64,000 nt of DNA from Octopus vulgaris. Taxonomy: Eukaryota. The translations under genes and the position numbers were made by a program. Positions 12,595 to 24,385 of the stretch are shown here, in pieces. The notes under the pieces are model-generated. The model searched no databases and was not told the DNA's origin. It saw only the letters and a list, made by a program, of their open reading frames with translations. The stretch's first letter is position 1. Every line of letters starts with the position of its first letter. The stretch spans positions 16,182,001 to 16,246,000 of the forward strand of contig OX597823.1 of assembly GCA_951406725.2 (NCBI GenBank), written 5' to 3'.

Positions 12595-13239
12595 TATCAG
12601 ATAACAGCTAACTTTCGGCCGTTTGGGCCCTATTGTGTCCACTACTCTGGTTGGTATTGGCGCAGTTCGTTTCTTGTTGTATTACGCGCCAATATGCAAC
12701 CCAACCAATCGCAACCTTCTGATAAGGTTCCGTGGCACAGTCTTCTAAATGCTCCGTTTGAGCCTATAATTTGCTATAAAAGCTTTAGCGATTCACCATA
12801 TGTCGTCTTTGGTTCTCACCACTGACCACAGAGCACCCAGCTTAGTTCCAGCGACACACAGCCAGTTCCAGCGACAGCCAACACCGCAGCATGCAGGACC
12901 TCCATCTCCGTCGCCTTCATCTTAACGTCGCCTTCAATCTTAACGACGCCTCCATCTCCGTCGCCTTCATCTTAACGACGCCAACAGTAACTTCGCCCAG
13001 GTTTAACTTCTCACTGTTTGTGAATACTTCACCATGGTTAACAGTAAGCTCAACCTGCGAGTACCTTTTGTACCAAGTAACTCAGCACATCATAGAAGCC
13101 ACAGCCTCTACACGACATGTGCAGAAACCAGCTCTGCCCTTTTCGCCTCAACTTCTTGTACAGAACTTCAACTATTGTGTACCTTACTACGAACTAGTAT
13201 TTATCTTCATCTTGTGTCTGAACTTCTAACGTCCTGACA
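12595..13239 (+). mobile_element. Probable solo LTR
   Basis: Termini T(A)TCAG...CTGACA, flanks gacg/gact (4-bp TSD, one mismatch), CCAAT near 12705 and TATAAAA near 12775, internal short direct repeats. Confidence 0.55.
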
Positions 13240-13652
13240 GACTCATTTCTTTGCTCTGTATTTTATCTCACACGCATACACCCTTGTTTGAACACACCTA
13301 CACATTATGTATGCTTGACAGCCTGTCTATTATTGTTCTTATTATATATGTACTTTGTGAGTGGACGGAAACTGAAAGAAGCCCGTTCTATGTTTATGTA
13401 TGTGTATAGCTAAGCGTGTGTATTTATGCGTATCCCTATGTTTGTCTATTTATGTTTGCGCTTGTTTACGGCAAATAAGACTAAAAATAAACACTGCGGT
13501 TGATTTGTACGACTAAGCCCTTCTAGGCGGTGCCCCAGCATGGCCGCAGTCTTATGACTGAAACAAGTAAAAGATAAATGATGCACAAAGCAGTGCAAAT
13601 CAGAAGAACTTAAATAAACTCAAATATTATAAAATCGCATTGTAGATTAAAT

Positions 13653-13838
13653 CAGTGCTCCGCAACTGGTATCCGGCGGCACGCCGGTGTGCCACGAGAT
13701 GATGCTTGGTGTGCCGTAGTGTAATCTGAATATAATTTTTTTCTTTATACTTTTAGTTATATTTTTAGTTTAAGTGTGTCGCCGGATTTTGAAAAGAATA
13801 TAAGTATACCGCAAGTGGAAAAAGGTTGCCTAGAATTG
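13653..13838. mobile_element. hAT (Charlie-like) MITE
   Basis: CAGTGctccgcaac ... GTGTGCC ... aaaaaggttg..ttg; 8-bp flanks gattaaat/gattaagc. Confidence 0.6.
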
Positions 13839-14852
13839 GATTAAGCAAGGACGTAAACACATTCTCTTTACTATTGATATGCGGGGTACAGGAAGAGAGT
13901 CTTCCCAGAGAAGACACATCCGGCTTCCTCTCCCAATCAGTAGCATAGGTCAGCTGCTTAGGTTGATCACATTAGATAGTGTGGTCCTAAATTTCCCGAA
14001 AAAGATCGTATTGTCACGCTTGATCATCTTTGTAAGATGACTTGGAGGTAACCGCTGCAACAATGAATCATGAATCAATTATAAATTTCTTCGCGCCAAT
14101 TTCCCCATGTAAAGTAGAGAACTTATTTTCCTCCCCCAACCTTAACCCTATCTATTCTCGGGAAATGGGGAGCGATTTTTACGGACTTACTAGAAGTTCT
14201 ATATCCTCTCTCCAGAACATTTTTATTAGTCTTCTATTATGCAATTTATTTAATTAACCCTTTCAGCAATGATTATCCGGAAATGTTCTCTATGAAAGAT
14301 TTAGAATTTAAATGGAGATCTTGGACTGAAATCTCATTAAGCAGAATCATTAGAAAATTGGACAAGATGCGTTGCAGTATTTATTCTGCTAATTTGCATT
14401 CCTATTTTAGATCAACTTTGCCTTTCAGCGATCAAATAAAGCAATAGTCAAGTACTTAAAAAAAAGTCAGGCCTTGTGCCTATAATTGAAACAGTTTTTG
14501 TGCAAAAGATCATATATTTCAATCGATAAACATGTTGTGGGTCTTGCATGCATGAAGTGGATTCGATCCACCATAGCCAAATTTAAACTAACATAGCTAC
14601 AGAACTTTTCCCACGGTGGAACAACGGTCTTTCTCTGACAGCAGTTTTACATTTTCCAGATGCCTTTAGCTAGGCCGAAATAATGTCTTCACCACTTGAC
14701 CCTTATAACAGATTTCCTTGTGTCGCTTATCTCCAGTTTAGGGTGGAAGTGAGACAAAGCCATATTTGCATAGCGTCTGTAAATCATACTTTCCTTTTCT
14801 GATCTGGCAGAATCTTTAGCGCGTCTGACAAAATGACGTCGGTATTTATTTA

Positions 14853-15084
14853 AGGCGGCGAGCTGGCAGAAACGTTAGCACGCCGGGCGAAATGCGTAGC
14901 CGTATTTCGTCTGCCGCTACGTTCTGAGTTCAAATTCCGCCGAGGACGACTTTACCTTTCATCCTTTCGGGATCGATTAAATAAGTACCAGTTACGCACT
15001 GAGATCGATATAATCGGCTTAATCCGTTTCTCTATCCTTGTTTGTCCTTTCTGTGTTTAGCCCTTTGTGGTTAGTAAAGAAATA
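14853..15084 (+). mobile_element. SINE family B, full length with TSD
   Basis: 12-bp TSD ggtatttattta at 14841-14852 and 15085-15096. Confidence 0.9.
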
Positions 15085-16720
15085 GGTATTTATTTACAGT
15101 CCTTTACTTTTAACTTCATATCTTTTCTGGGTTTAATAAAATAAAATACCAGTCAAGCACTGTAGCCGACTGCATTCTAGATGTAAATGAAATCATTACA
15201 GAAAAGAACTAATCAATTCTATTTTTACGCGCAAAGAAACTAGAGTAACAAAAAATATTACAAGGGGAATCACTCTTAGTAGCTATTTCAGGGGAACTAA
15301 CTTTTATGACGGTTCATGATAGTGGTTTCGAATTTTGGCACAAGGCCAGTAACTTTAGAGGATTTGGGGTTAAGTCGATTTCATCGATGCACAACTGGTA
15401 CATAGTTTATGGACCTCGAAAGGAGGAAAGACAAAGTCGACCTAGGTGGAATTTGAACTCAGAGCGTTAAGAGGCGGAAGAAATTCGCTAATGATTGTGC
15501 CAGCTCGCCACCTGAAGAATGATCATAATAGTACAACCGTGACCGTGGACAAGATACGGGCTTAAAGTATCTAAATTAGTTGAAAGCAATATCTTCAAAC
15601 ATCTAAATTACTACCAATACTTTCTATTAGACTAAACAATTTCCGTCGTATTCTAAATATTTGTCAAAGAATACAAATGGAATGTTATTTTCAAAGTGGC
15701 TGTTTGGTAAGTAGCTTGCTTACCAACCACATGGTTCCGGGTTCAGTCCCACTGCACGGCACCTTGGGCAACTGTCTTCTACTATAGCTTCGGGCTGACC
15801 AAAGCCTTGTGAGCGGTGGTGGTGGTGGTTGCGGCGGTGGAGGTCGAGGTGGTGGTGGGTGAAATGTTGAGTGCCAGGGTGGGTGTCAACCCCCAAAAAA
15901 GGAATGAGGCAACAATCTTCCTTACCATTCTGCCTCTCTCCCTCCTATCATAATGACTTTAATATGAAAGACTCCTTCAGATTTTCTCACATCTTATACA
16001 CCTCACCATTACTTTTTCATACTGCTAGCAATCACTCTCTCTCTCTCTCCCCAAAGGTCACTCATTACTTTATCATTACTGTTATATATTGATGGATTCT
16101 TGTATTATATTGTACAAGTGGCCAAGTATTCCACAGACACATTAAAAAAGACAGAGTGAAAATAAGAGTGAATCATAAGCTTTGAATAAATAGGCTCTAC
16201 ATAATGTATTGAGTACTCGGTCACCAGTTTCTATGCTCCAAATATATTTGTTCAGCGAGAGTTGTAGAGGGATCACAAGGAGGATGACAGAGAAGATAGA
16301 CTTCATATGTAGCATGCTAGGAAGGCCCTCTGTTTTTCACCCATCTTTAGATCACTCTCTGCATGAACACCTGTCTCTACAACACCTCTTTGTCACTCAC
16401 CTTCTCCCCAATCAACTACTCACTGTGCCATGCTACCTATATAACATAGGATAGCAATGCATCTTTCCATATTCAACTCCTTCCACCATCCTTATCACTC
16501 TTCTTCTGTCCCCCTCTCTTCCCCCTTCTCTCTCTCTCTCCCTCTCATTCACTCACTCACTCTTCTTCATTCCCTTCATTATGGATTCTTTCAGATCTGT
16601 TTGCCTCAGACACACCCCACCATCACCATGCTACTCAATACTCCCTCGTCCCCCAGGTCATTCATGATTGGCACACATCACTTTCTCTTACCATTACTCA
16701 TCTCTGTAACTATCCACCAC

Positions 16721-16751
<31 letters not shown>

Positions 16752-17120
16752 CTATTTCTCTCTTTTCCCCTCTATTTTATCACAAAATATGTTATCACAA
16801 CTACTCTTACTTTTTTACAACTGTCACTACTGACTCTCTTCTATTACTCCCTCTAACACTACCTCTTACATTATATTACTCCACTTCTCTTCTTTCCTCT
16901 CACCCCAACAACTCTGTTTCTCCCATCATGCTCTCACAGTTTTTCTAGTGCAGCATTTGTCATTACCCTCTCCTCTATTCACTTAAGCATGTTGCCAGAT
17001 ATATAACATAATGGGAACTCTTTAGTCATGCTCAGTTTTAGGCAACCTCACTTGTGCTGGTGCCCTGAATAAATGCACCCAAAACATTCTGTAAAGTGAT
17101 TGGTGAATGAGTAGAGACAA

Positions 17121-17930
17121 TACAAAATGGTATCAAAAAGTTCCCAGACTAGTTCTGTAGTGTACCATTAGATGGCATCACACAGTTGTGTGTGCAGCGA
17201 GAGCTAGCAGTGATCTTCATGAGGCAGTGTGCCAAGTGACATCACTGTATTTACTTCACAAGTTGTGAAATTTGTGTTTTTGTAATCATGTGTCTGCTGT
17301 AGTCTGCGATTTTGTCATGGACAGGAACAAAGAGCCAATATGAAATTTTGCGTTAAACTTGGGAAGTCTGTTACAGAGACATTGAGCATGCTTCAGCAAG
17401 CTTACGGTGACAAGACAAAGGGTCATGTGCAATGTCTCGAGTGGCACAGGTGCTTCAAAAGCAGAGAAAGGTCCCTGGATAATGAACAATCTGGAAAACC
17501 TGTCATGGGCATCACCCCAGGAAATGTGGTATTGTGCATTGAGAATTCACCCCATCAACAGGACCAGGCTATAGATCAAGTGTTTTACTGTGATGTTTCA
17601 AAGTGTTTGAAGGAGGTCATCCGGCAAAAGTGATCGGATCTGTGGAGCGCAAAGAACTGGATTCTTCATGACAATGCCCTCCACACCATCACTGAGCTCT
17701 CCTCACTTGTGAGTTACTCGCCGAAAACAACATGGCATCACTTCTGCACCTGCCCTTTTTGCCAGATTTCAATTTCTATGAGTGCAGAATCATGAAGTTG
17801 CCAGAAAGATGGCAAAAGGTCATCAAACAAAACAGAAAATATATAATTGATTAAAGTTTATTCTTTTTATGAAAAAAAAATTACTTTTATTTCACACTGA
17901 AAAACCAAAATTACATTTTTGCCAACCCAA
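17121..17930 (+). mobile_element. Mariner remnant(s), internally deleted, possibly chimeric
   Basis: MKFCVKLGKSVTETLSMLQQAYGD (HTH), WILHDNA, then KLPERWQKVI and a different TIR type (ttttgccaacccaa). Confidence 0.8.
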
Positions 17931-18134
17931 CAAGTCTCAAAAATTCTACCATGCGTCTTGGAGGTTGAAAGTTACATTTTTCATAGGCATATCCTAACCC
18001 TTGAGGAAAATTATCTATGTTAGACAGTAATCTGAACCCCTATATATGACCACTCAGTGAAGTGTATAATTTATACTTTGTTAAAGTAGTAAATAAACAA
18101 AAGTATCATAAATTTTTTTTAAATATACGCAATA

Positions 18135-18533
18135 GGCGTAGGAGTGGCTGTGTGGTAAGTAGCTTGCTTACCAACCACATGGTTCTGGGTTCAATCCCAC
18201 TGCATGACACCTTGGGCAAGTGTCTTCTACTATAACCTTGGGCCGACCAAAGCCTTGTGAGTGGATTTGGTAGATGGAAACTGAAAGAAGCCTGTCATAT
18301 ATATGTATATGTATATATGTGTGTTTGTGTGTCTGTGTTTGTCCCCCCAACATAACTTGACAACCGATGCTGGTGTGTTTATGTCCCCATAACTTAGCAA
18401 TTCGGCAAATGAGACCGATAGAATAAGTACTAGGCTTACAAAGAATAAGTCCTGGGGTCAATGTGCTCAACTAAAGGTGGTGCTCCAGCATGGCCACAGT
18501 CAAATGAATGAAATGAGTAAAAGAGTAAGAGTA
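18135..18533 (+). mobile_element. SINE family A, full length
   Basis: Complete head, body and tail, homologous to 9214-9694. Confidence 0.9.
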
Positions 18534-18732
18534 ATCACAAAAATTCATTCCTGTATGGGTAATGTATGTTAGATGAGGCGACTGACGAGTGATATTTTAC
18601 ATGTGTATCTATATTTCCTGTATTGTCACTCTCTTCAAACAACCTGATTTTAGGGGAACATTATTAAGTGATGAAAGAAGTAAAACTGCAGTATGTTAAA
18701 AGGGTTTACAAGCAAATATTAATAACAATACT

Positions 18733-19019
18733 TGATGCCAGCGCCGCCTTGGCTGGCTTCCGTGCCGGTGGCACTTTAAAAGCACCAACTGATCGTGGCC
18801 GATGTCAGACCCCCCTGGCACCTGTGCAGGTGGCACATAAAAAGCACCCACTACACTCGCGGAGTGGTTGGCGTTAGGAAGGGCACCCAGCTGTAGAAAC
18901 ACTGCCAGATCAGACTGGAGCCTGGTGCAGCCTCCTGGCTTCCCAGACCCCGGTCGAACCGTCCAACCCGTGCTAGCGCGGAAAACGGACGTTAAACGAT
19001 GATGATGATGATGATGATG
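18733..19019 (+). mobile_element. SINE family C (RTE-related, (GAT)n tail)
   Basis: GGTTGGCGTTAGGAAGGGCA motif, (GAT)n tail, TSD acaatact at 18725-18732 and 19020-19027. Further copies near 24470, 28350, 37393, 38649, 46219. Confidence 0.85.
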
Positions 19020-19208
19020 ACAATACTATCATAATCACTAACTCACTCTCTGTGATGAAACCTGTTGTGTTCAAACAGCAACATAGGTGTTTCCTCCTTG
19101 ATCTCTGAAAGCCATGGTCTTAACCAGTTTAAACCTGGACCTGCTGATATTAGGAGTGATCTGCAACTTCAGAAGATTTTACTTAAAATTTTTGGCATAA
19201 TTGTTATT

Positions 19209-20182
19209 ATGGCAACCTCAAGCATAAGATACTCTTACACAATTGGCTACAAGCTACAAGTGATTGAATATGCCAAACAGCATGGCAACAGGGCTGCAGA
19301 AAGGCATTTTAGAGTAACACCAACTGATAAAAATGATCCGCTACTGGAAGGAACAAGAGGACCTGTTGAAGCTTGCATCAAGACTTAAATGTAACCTGCA
19401 TCAAACTGCAGCTAAGTGGCCAGAACTGGAGCAAGAGATGAAGGAGTGGATTGTTACAGGGTGAAATTCGTGTCTTATGGTATCAGTAAAAATGATTATT
19501 AATGAATCAAAAGAGAGGGCAGCAGCACGAGGCCTGGATGATTTTTGTGGCACATCAAGCTGGTATTACAGATTTATGAAGAGGCACAGACTGGCAATGA
19601 AAATGAAAACAAGAATAGCACCAAAAATGCCTGAAGATTATATAACAAAATAATCAAGAGGGAGTGAAGTTATGGCTAGATAAGGTCTGGTCAAGGTGTT
19701 CTGGTGGCCTCCTTAAAAACCATCCCTTCTTGTGTGGGACAAGTTTTGTACCCACAAAACGAAGGCTATTAAAAAAAAAGGTGCAGAAACTGAAAGCAAA
19801 AATGGCAGTGATCCCTGGTGGTTTAACAAGCCAATTACAACTACTGGGCATATCAATCAACAAGCCTTTTAAGGCATTTATGAAAGACGAGTGGAATCAG
19901 TGGATAAGAGCCAAGGATCATGACCTAACACCAACAGGTTGTTTGAAAAGGCCAACAATTGTTCAGGTGTGCGAGTGAGTCCTGAAATCATGGAACACTG
20001 TGAAAATTGAAGTAGTAGTGAAATCTTTTTAAGAATGTGGTATCAGTAATGCATAAGGTGGCACAGAAGATGACATTTTGTTTGAAGATAGTGACGCTTC
20101 AGATAGTATTAACGACCCAGATGATTTTTCTGGTTTGGGCGCTATGGATGACTGCAGTCAGTTTTCAGGATTTGAAGAGTGA
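19209..20182 (+). mobile_element. pogo-family (POGK-like) transposase pseudogene
   Basis: RYSYTIGYKLQVIEYAKQHGNRAAERHF (Brinker-type DBD), KWPELEQEMKEWI...WYYRFMKRH (CENP-B HTH), VIPGGLTSQLQLLGISINKPFK (DDE_1); stops and an internal deletion. Confidence 0.88.
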
Positions 20183-20226
20183 AATATTTTTCTTATACTT
20201 GCATGTTTAATATTTGCAAACTTTAA

Positions 20227-20627
20227 GGCAGCGAGCTGGCAGAAATATTAGCACGCTGTTATGTTCTGAGTTCAAATTCTGCCAAGGTCAACTTTGCCTT
20301 TCATCCTTTCAGGGTCGATAAATTAAGTACCAGTTACGCACTGGGGTCGATGTAATCGACTTAATCCATTTGTCTGTCCTTGTTTGTCCCCTCTATGTTT
20401 AGCCCCTTGTGGGCAATAAAGAATTAAGAAACATTAGCACGCCAGGCTAAATGCTTAGCGGTATTTCATCTGTCTTCACGTTCTGAGTTCAAATTCCACC
20501 GAGGCCGACTTTGCCTTTCATCCTTTAGGGGGTTGATAAATTAAGTACCAGTTGCATACTGGGTTTGATCTAATCAACTGGCCCCACTCCCCCAAAATTT
20601 CGGGCCTTGTGGCAAGAGTAGAAAAGA
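20227..20627 (+). mobile_element. SINE family B tandem dimer
   Basis: Two head-to-tail units joined at ...aagaattaAGAAACattagcac near 20426. Confidence 0.85.
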
Positions 20628-21114
20628 ATATTTGCACACTTTTTAATCTTTTACCATTGTAATTTAATTGCAACATTTTTTTTGTCATGTCCATGTGAAA
20701 TTTTTACAAATGGTAATAACATGAAATATTTTCAGGATTTGAAGATTAAAATACGTTTTCTTATTTGTAATATTTCAACTGCATAGATTTTAATCGCTAT
20801 GTTTATTTTGTTCTATTTGACAGTCATCTTTTGTGTGGTACTTCTATAAATGGTAGCAATAAGCAAAATATTTTCAGGATTTTATGATTGAAATGGTTTT
20901 TATTGTGTAGATTTTACTGTAATCTTTATTTTATTTTTATTTTGTTCTATTGGGGATGTCATGTTCATGTGGTATTTTTACAAAGTGTAACTGTGCAAGG
21001 AAATTTTATTCTGCATTTCTCACAATAATTTTCCTATTGCGGAGTTTAGTTTTTCCTTTGTCTGGGACATAAAATAAAGTACTCTATAAGTCTACATCCA
21101 ATACTACTAAAATC

Positions 21115-21351
21115 TTAAAATACTGCACCAGCTATAGTTCCATCCACTTGCATGAAGTGAGACACTATTGGCCAAGAAGCTTCCTGACGAAACATATGAA
21201 GATAAAAAACACTCCTGGGCCGAATAGTGAACAGTCGAACTCTAATATCGCAATGTAGGAATGGATCCAGAAATTTCTGGTGAGGGATGGGTCTGAGGTC
21301 TGATTCATTGCAATTGATCAATGAAATGACAGTGTAATATATTCGGAGATA
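21115..21351 (-). CDS. Candidate terminal coding exon of an unidentified gene
   Basis: Acceptor ttttttcag| then a non-repetitive 78-aa open frame YLRIYYTVISLINCNESDLRPIPHQKFLDP...VDGTIAGAVF-stop; AATAAA on minus at 21005-21010. Confidence 0.5.
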   Translation of the reverse strand, partial: YLRIYYTVISLINCNESDLRPIPHQKFLDPFLHCDIRVRLFTIRPRSVFYLHMFRQEASWPIVSHFMQVDGTIAGAVF

Positions 21352-21488
21352 CTGAAAAAATATATACGCATGTTTGTAGATGTGTGTGTGTGTGTGCGTG
21401 CATGCATGCATATGTGAGTATATGACTGTGTGAGTGCGTGTGTGTGTGTGCATGTTTATGGATGTGTGTGTGCATGTATGTTTGTGGA

Positions 21489-21520
<32 letters not shown>

Positions 21521-21566
21521 TGTGTGTGTGAGTTTGTATGTATGTTTTTGTTCCTCAGATACTTAC

Positions 21567-21623
21567 AGCCTTTATGTAATCCTTTTTCAGACAGGTATTC
21601 TCCATCTGAGTGACCTTGTTTGT
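21567..21623 (-). CDS. Candidate 57-nt internal exon of the same gene
   Basis: ttgttccag|ACA AAC AAG...AAG GCT|GTAAGT = TNKVTQMENTCLKKDYIKA. Consensus donor, phase 0, splices in frame to 21351 across a 215-nt microsatellite-filled intron. Confidence 0.5.
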
Positions 21624-21970
21624 CTGGAACAACCACCCAACGGATATTCAAATACACACACACACACACATACACACACACACTCAGGGTAGTGAGGTGT
21701 CATATGAAAGAAGATTATACACCAAGATCAATTTGATCAATTATTCCTACTGGTCCACAAGTAAAAACCAAACAAACAAAAACAAAAAACAAACTGGTTT
21801 TTGTGCTGAGAGACAATAGAAAAATAATTCGCTTTAATTGGAAGCACAATAGCTTTGCTGTGAGTTTAAGGCGAGGAGAAAACTGACAGCAAGGTCATGA
21901 GGTCAAGTACAATTATAGCCATTGTACAGAACAACCCTCAAACTACTTAATATATATATATATATATATA

Positions 21971-22850
21971 CATGGTGAGATGGGTGAATTGTTGCCATTT
22001 TATACTTTTGATTTCGTGCATGCACATTGTTTTTTGTTTTTTTTGTCAACTACACAGTATAGTAGGGTCGGTTGGGCACTGTCTGTGAGAGAAATAGCAC
22101 CATGACGCAATTCACTCTGCCAGAAATTTGGAAATGACGTGTTGTACTGCTTGGGATTTGGGTACTTTTTGGTTATCTTACCTCCATTAAAAAATTGGGT
22201 TATCTCCCCACGTTTTATGAAAAATATCAGTACTTTTGGTTATCTCTTTCAACTAAAAAAAATTGTTTAACCCTCAATAAAACAAAAAAAAAATGAAAAA
22301 AATTAATAAACATAAAAAGTGAAATGATGAAACATTGTTTTGATTCTGATAATATTTTTATAACAAATCATACCATGCCTTTCAAGGCAACAATGTGTTG
22401 AATTATTCAATCAAAAGGATCTAACTCTTTTAATCCAATCTCTTGTCACATTAGGACTCTGCACCATGCCACACAAGCAAGAGAACCCAGTCGTGGGTGT
22501 CGGACAATTTCTGTGACCACATTACCCCTAACATCTGCAACTCTCTTGATTATTATGTGTGGGGTGCTGTTGAGTGAGAGACCAACAAAACTCCTTGTAA
22601 CACCAAAGATGAACTGAAGGCAAGGATTACAGCAGCATTCACCAACTTAAACAAGGACACCGTTCAGAAGAGTTTCATGAGATTCCAAAGTTGTCTGGAA
22701 GCTGTGGTTGAATCCAGTGACAATTTTATTGAATAAATTTACTCTTTAGTATTTTAAGATATTTCTATGTAATTTTTGGTAGATATATCTGTTAAAATGT
22801 GATGTCAGTGTTATTTTCATTTTGCATAATTTAGACAACAATTTATTAAT
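21971..22850 (+). mobile_element. maT/DD37D element, internally deleted
   Basis: Both ends homologous to the reverse complement of 23095-24033; DSAPCHTS and DYYVWG remnants. Confidence 0.75.
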
Positions 22851-23094
22851 TCACAAACTTCCAGTGAAGCCTGCAATTTATTGATTGTTATCCCTCTCTT
22901 TCTCTCTTTCGGAGAGGCACTGAGCACCTACACGCACATATACACACACGGCAGTAACTTCCGCCTACCGAATTCAATCACAAAGCTTCGGTCGACTTGG
23001 GGCTATAGTGGAAGACATCTGCCCAAAGTGCCACGCAGTGGGACTGAACCCGAAACCATATAGCTAGGAAGCAAGCTCCCTAACCACCTAAGTT

Positions 23095-24033
23095 ACAAAA
23101 ATGAAAATAACACTGATATCTCATTTTAACAGATATATTTACCAAAATTACATAAAAATATCTTAAAATACTGAAGAGTAAATTTATTCAATAAAATCGC
23201 CATTGGCTTCAACCATAGCCTCTAGACAAGTTCAGAATCTTCTGCATCTCTTCTGGATATTGCAATAATCTGTGCCTTCAGTTCATCTTTGATGTTACAA
23301 GGAGTTTTGTTGCTCAACTGTATCCCACACATAATAATCAAGGGGTTGCAGTCTGGAGAGTTAGGTGGCCAGATGTTAAGGGTGATGTGGTCGCAGAAAT
23401 TGCCTGACAGCAATGACTGAGTTCTCCTATGTGTGTAGCATGGTGCAGAGTCCTGTTGCCAGATATAGGGTCTTCCAGCAGCCACCTTCTTGACCCAAGA
23501 GAGCACTACCTCCTCTAGGCTCTTGACAAAGGCCTCCATGTTGAGTCTGAAACCATGTGGGAAGATGAATGGAGGCTTAACGTCCCCATCGTCAGTGATT
23601 ACTGCAAATACCAGGATGTAGACTGGATGTTTGATTTTCATCATACTCAGCACATGTTTTGGGGACACAGCAAATCAACATTTGTTCTGGGTGTTCACCA
23701 TCTGATTCTGGCAGAAATTTTTCTTGTTTGAGAAAACAAAGCATGTTTGGTTGAAGGGGATGCTTGAGTTTGTTCAAAAGTTTTGTAGCACAGTCTTTCT
23801 TCTTGTCCTTGATGGCTTGGGATAAAAATTGGCCCTTTCTCATTTTGTATGAGGAATACTGAATGCCAAGCAGTATAACATGTCATTTCCAAATTTCTGG
23901 CATCATGGTGCTGTTTTTTTCACAGACAGTGCCCAACTGATCCTACTATACTGTGTTGTCGACAAAATCAAAAACAATGTGCATGCGGGAAATTAAGAAT
24001 ATAAAATGGCGACAATTTACCCATCACACCCTG
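23095..24033 (-). mobile_element. maT/DD37D transposase pseudogene
   Basis: ORF 23222-23668 has PYIWQQDSAPCYT and IWPPNSPDCNPL; TIR cacaccctg next to (TA)n. Confidence 0.85.
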
Positions 24034-24037
24034 TATA

Positions 24038-24134
<97 letters not shown>

Positions 24135-24136
<2 letters not shown>

Positions 24137-24385
24137 CTGCCAAACAAGTGGCATCCTATACAGGATAGTGCTACTGACGTTTATAGCCCCAGGAAGACAT
24201 CTCCTCCTGCTGGCTAACAACACACATTCTGTGTCCGACTAGTATTTACGAGGAGAGGTCATCACTCCCTTCACAAATACTAATCGGACATAGAATGTGT
24301 GTCGTTAGGCAGCTGGAGGAGATATCTTCCTGGGGCTATAAACGTCAGTAGCATTGTCCTGTATAGGACGCCACACTTGGCAATT
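24135..24385. repeat. ~250-bp near-perfect palindrome (fold-back element)
   Basis: Left arm ctgccaa..gtggcatcctatacagga..ctactgacgtttatagccccaggaaga mirrors right arm tcttcctggggctataaacgtcagtag..tcctgtataggacgccac..ttggca; TA-flanked. Confidence 0.9.
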
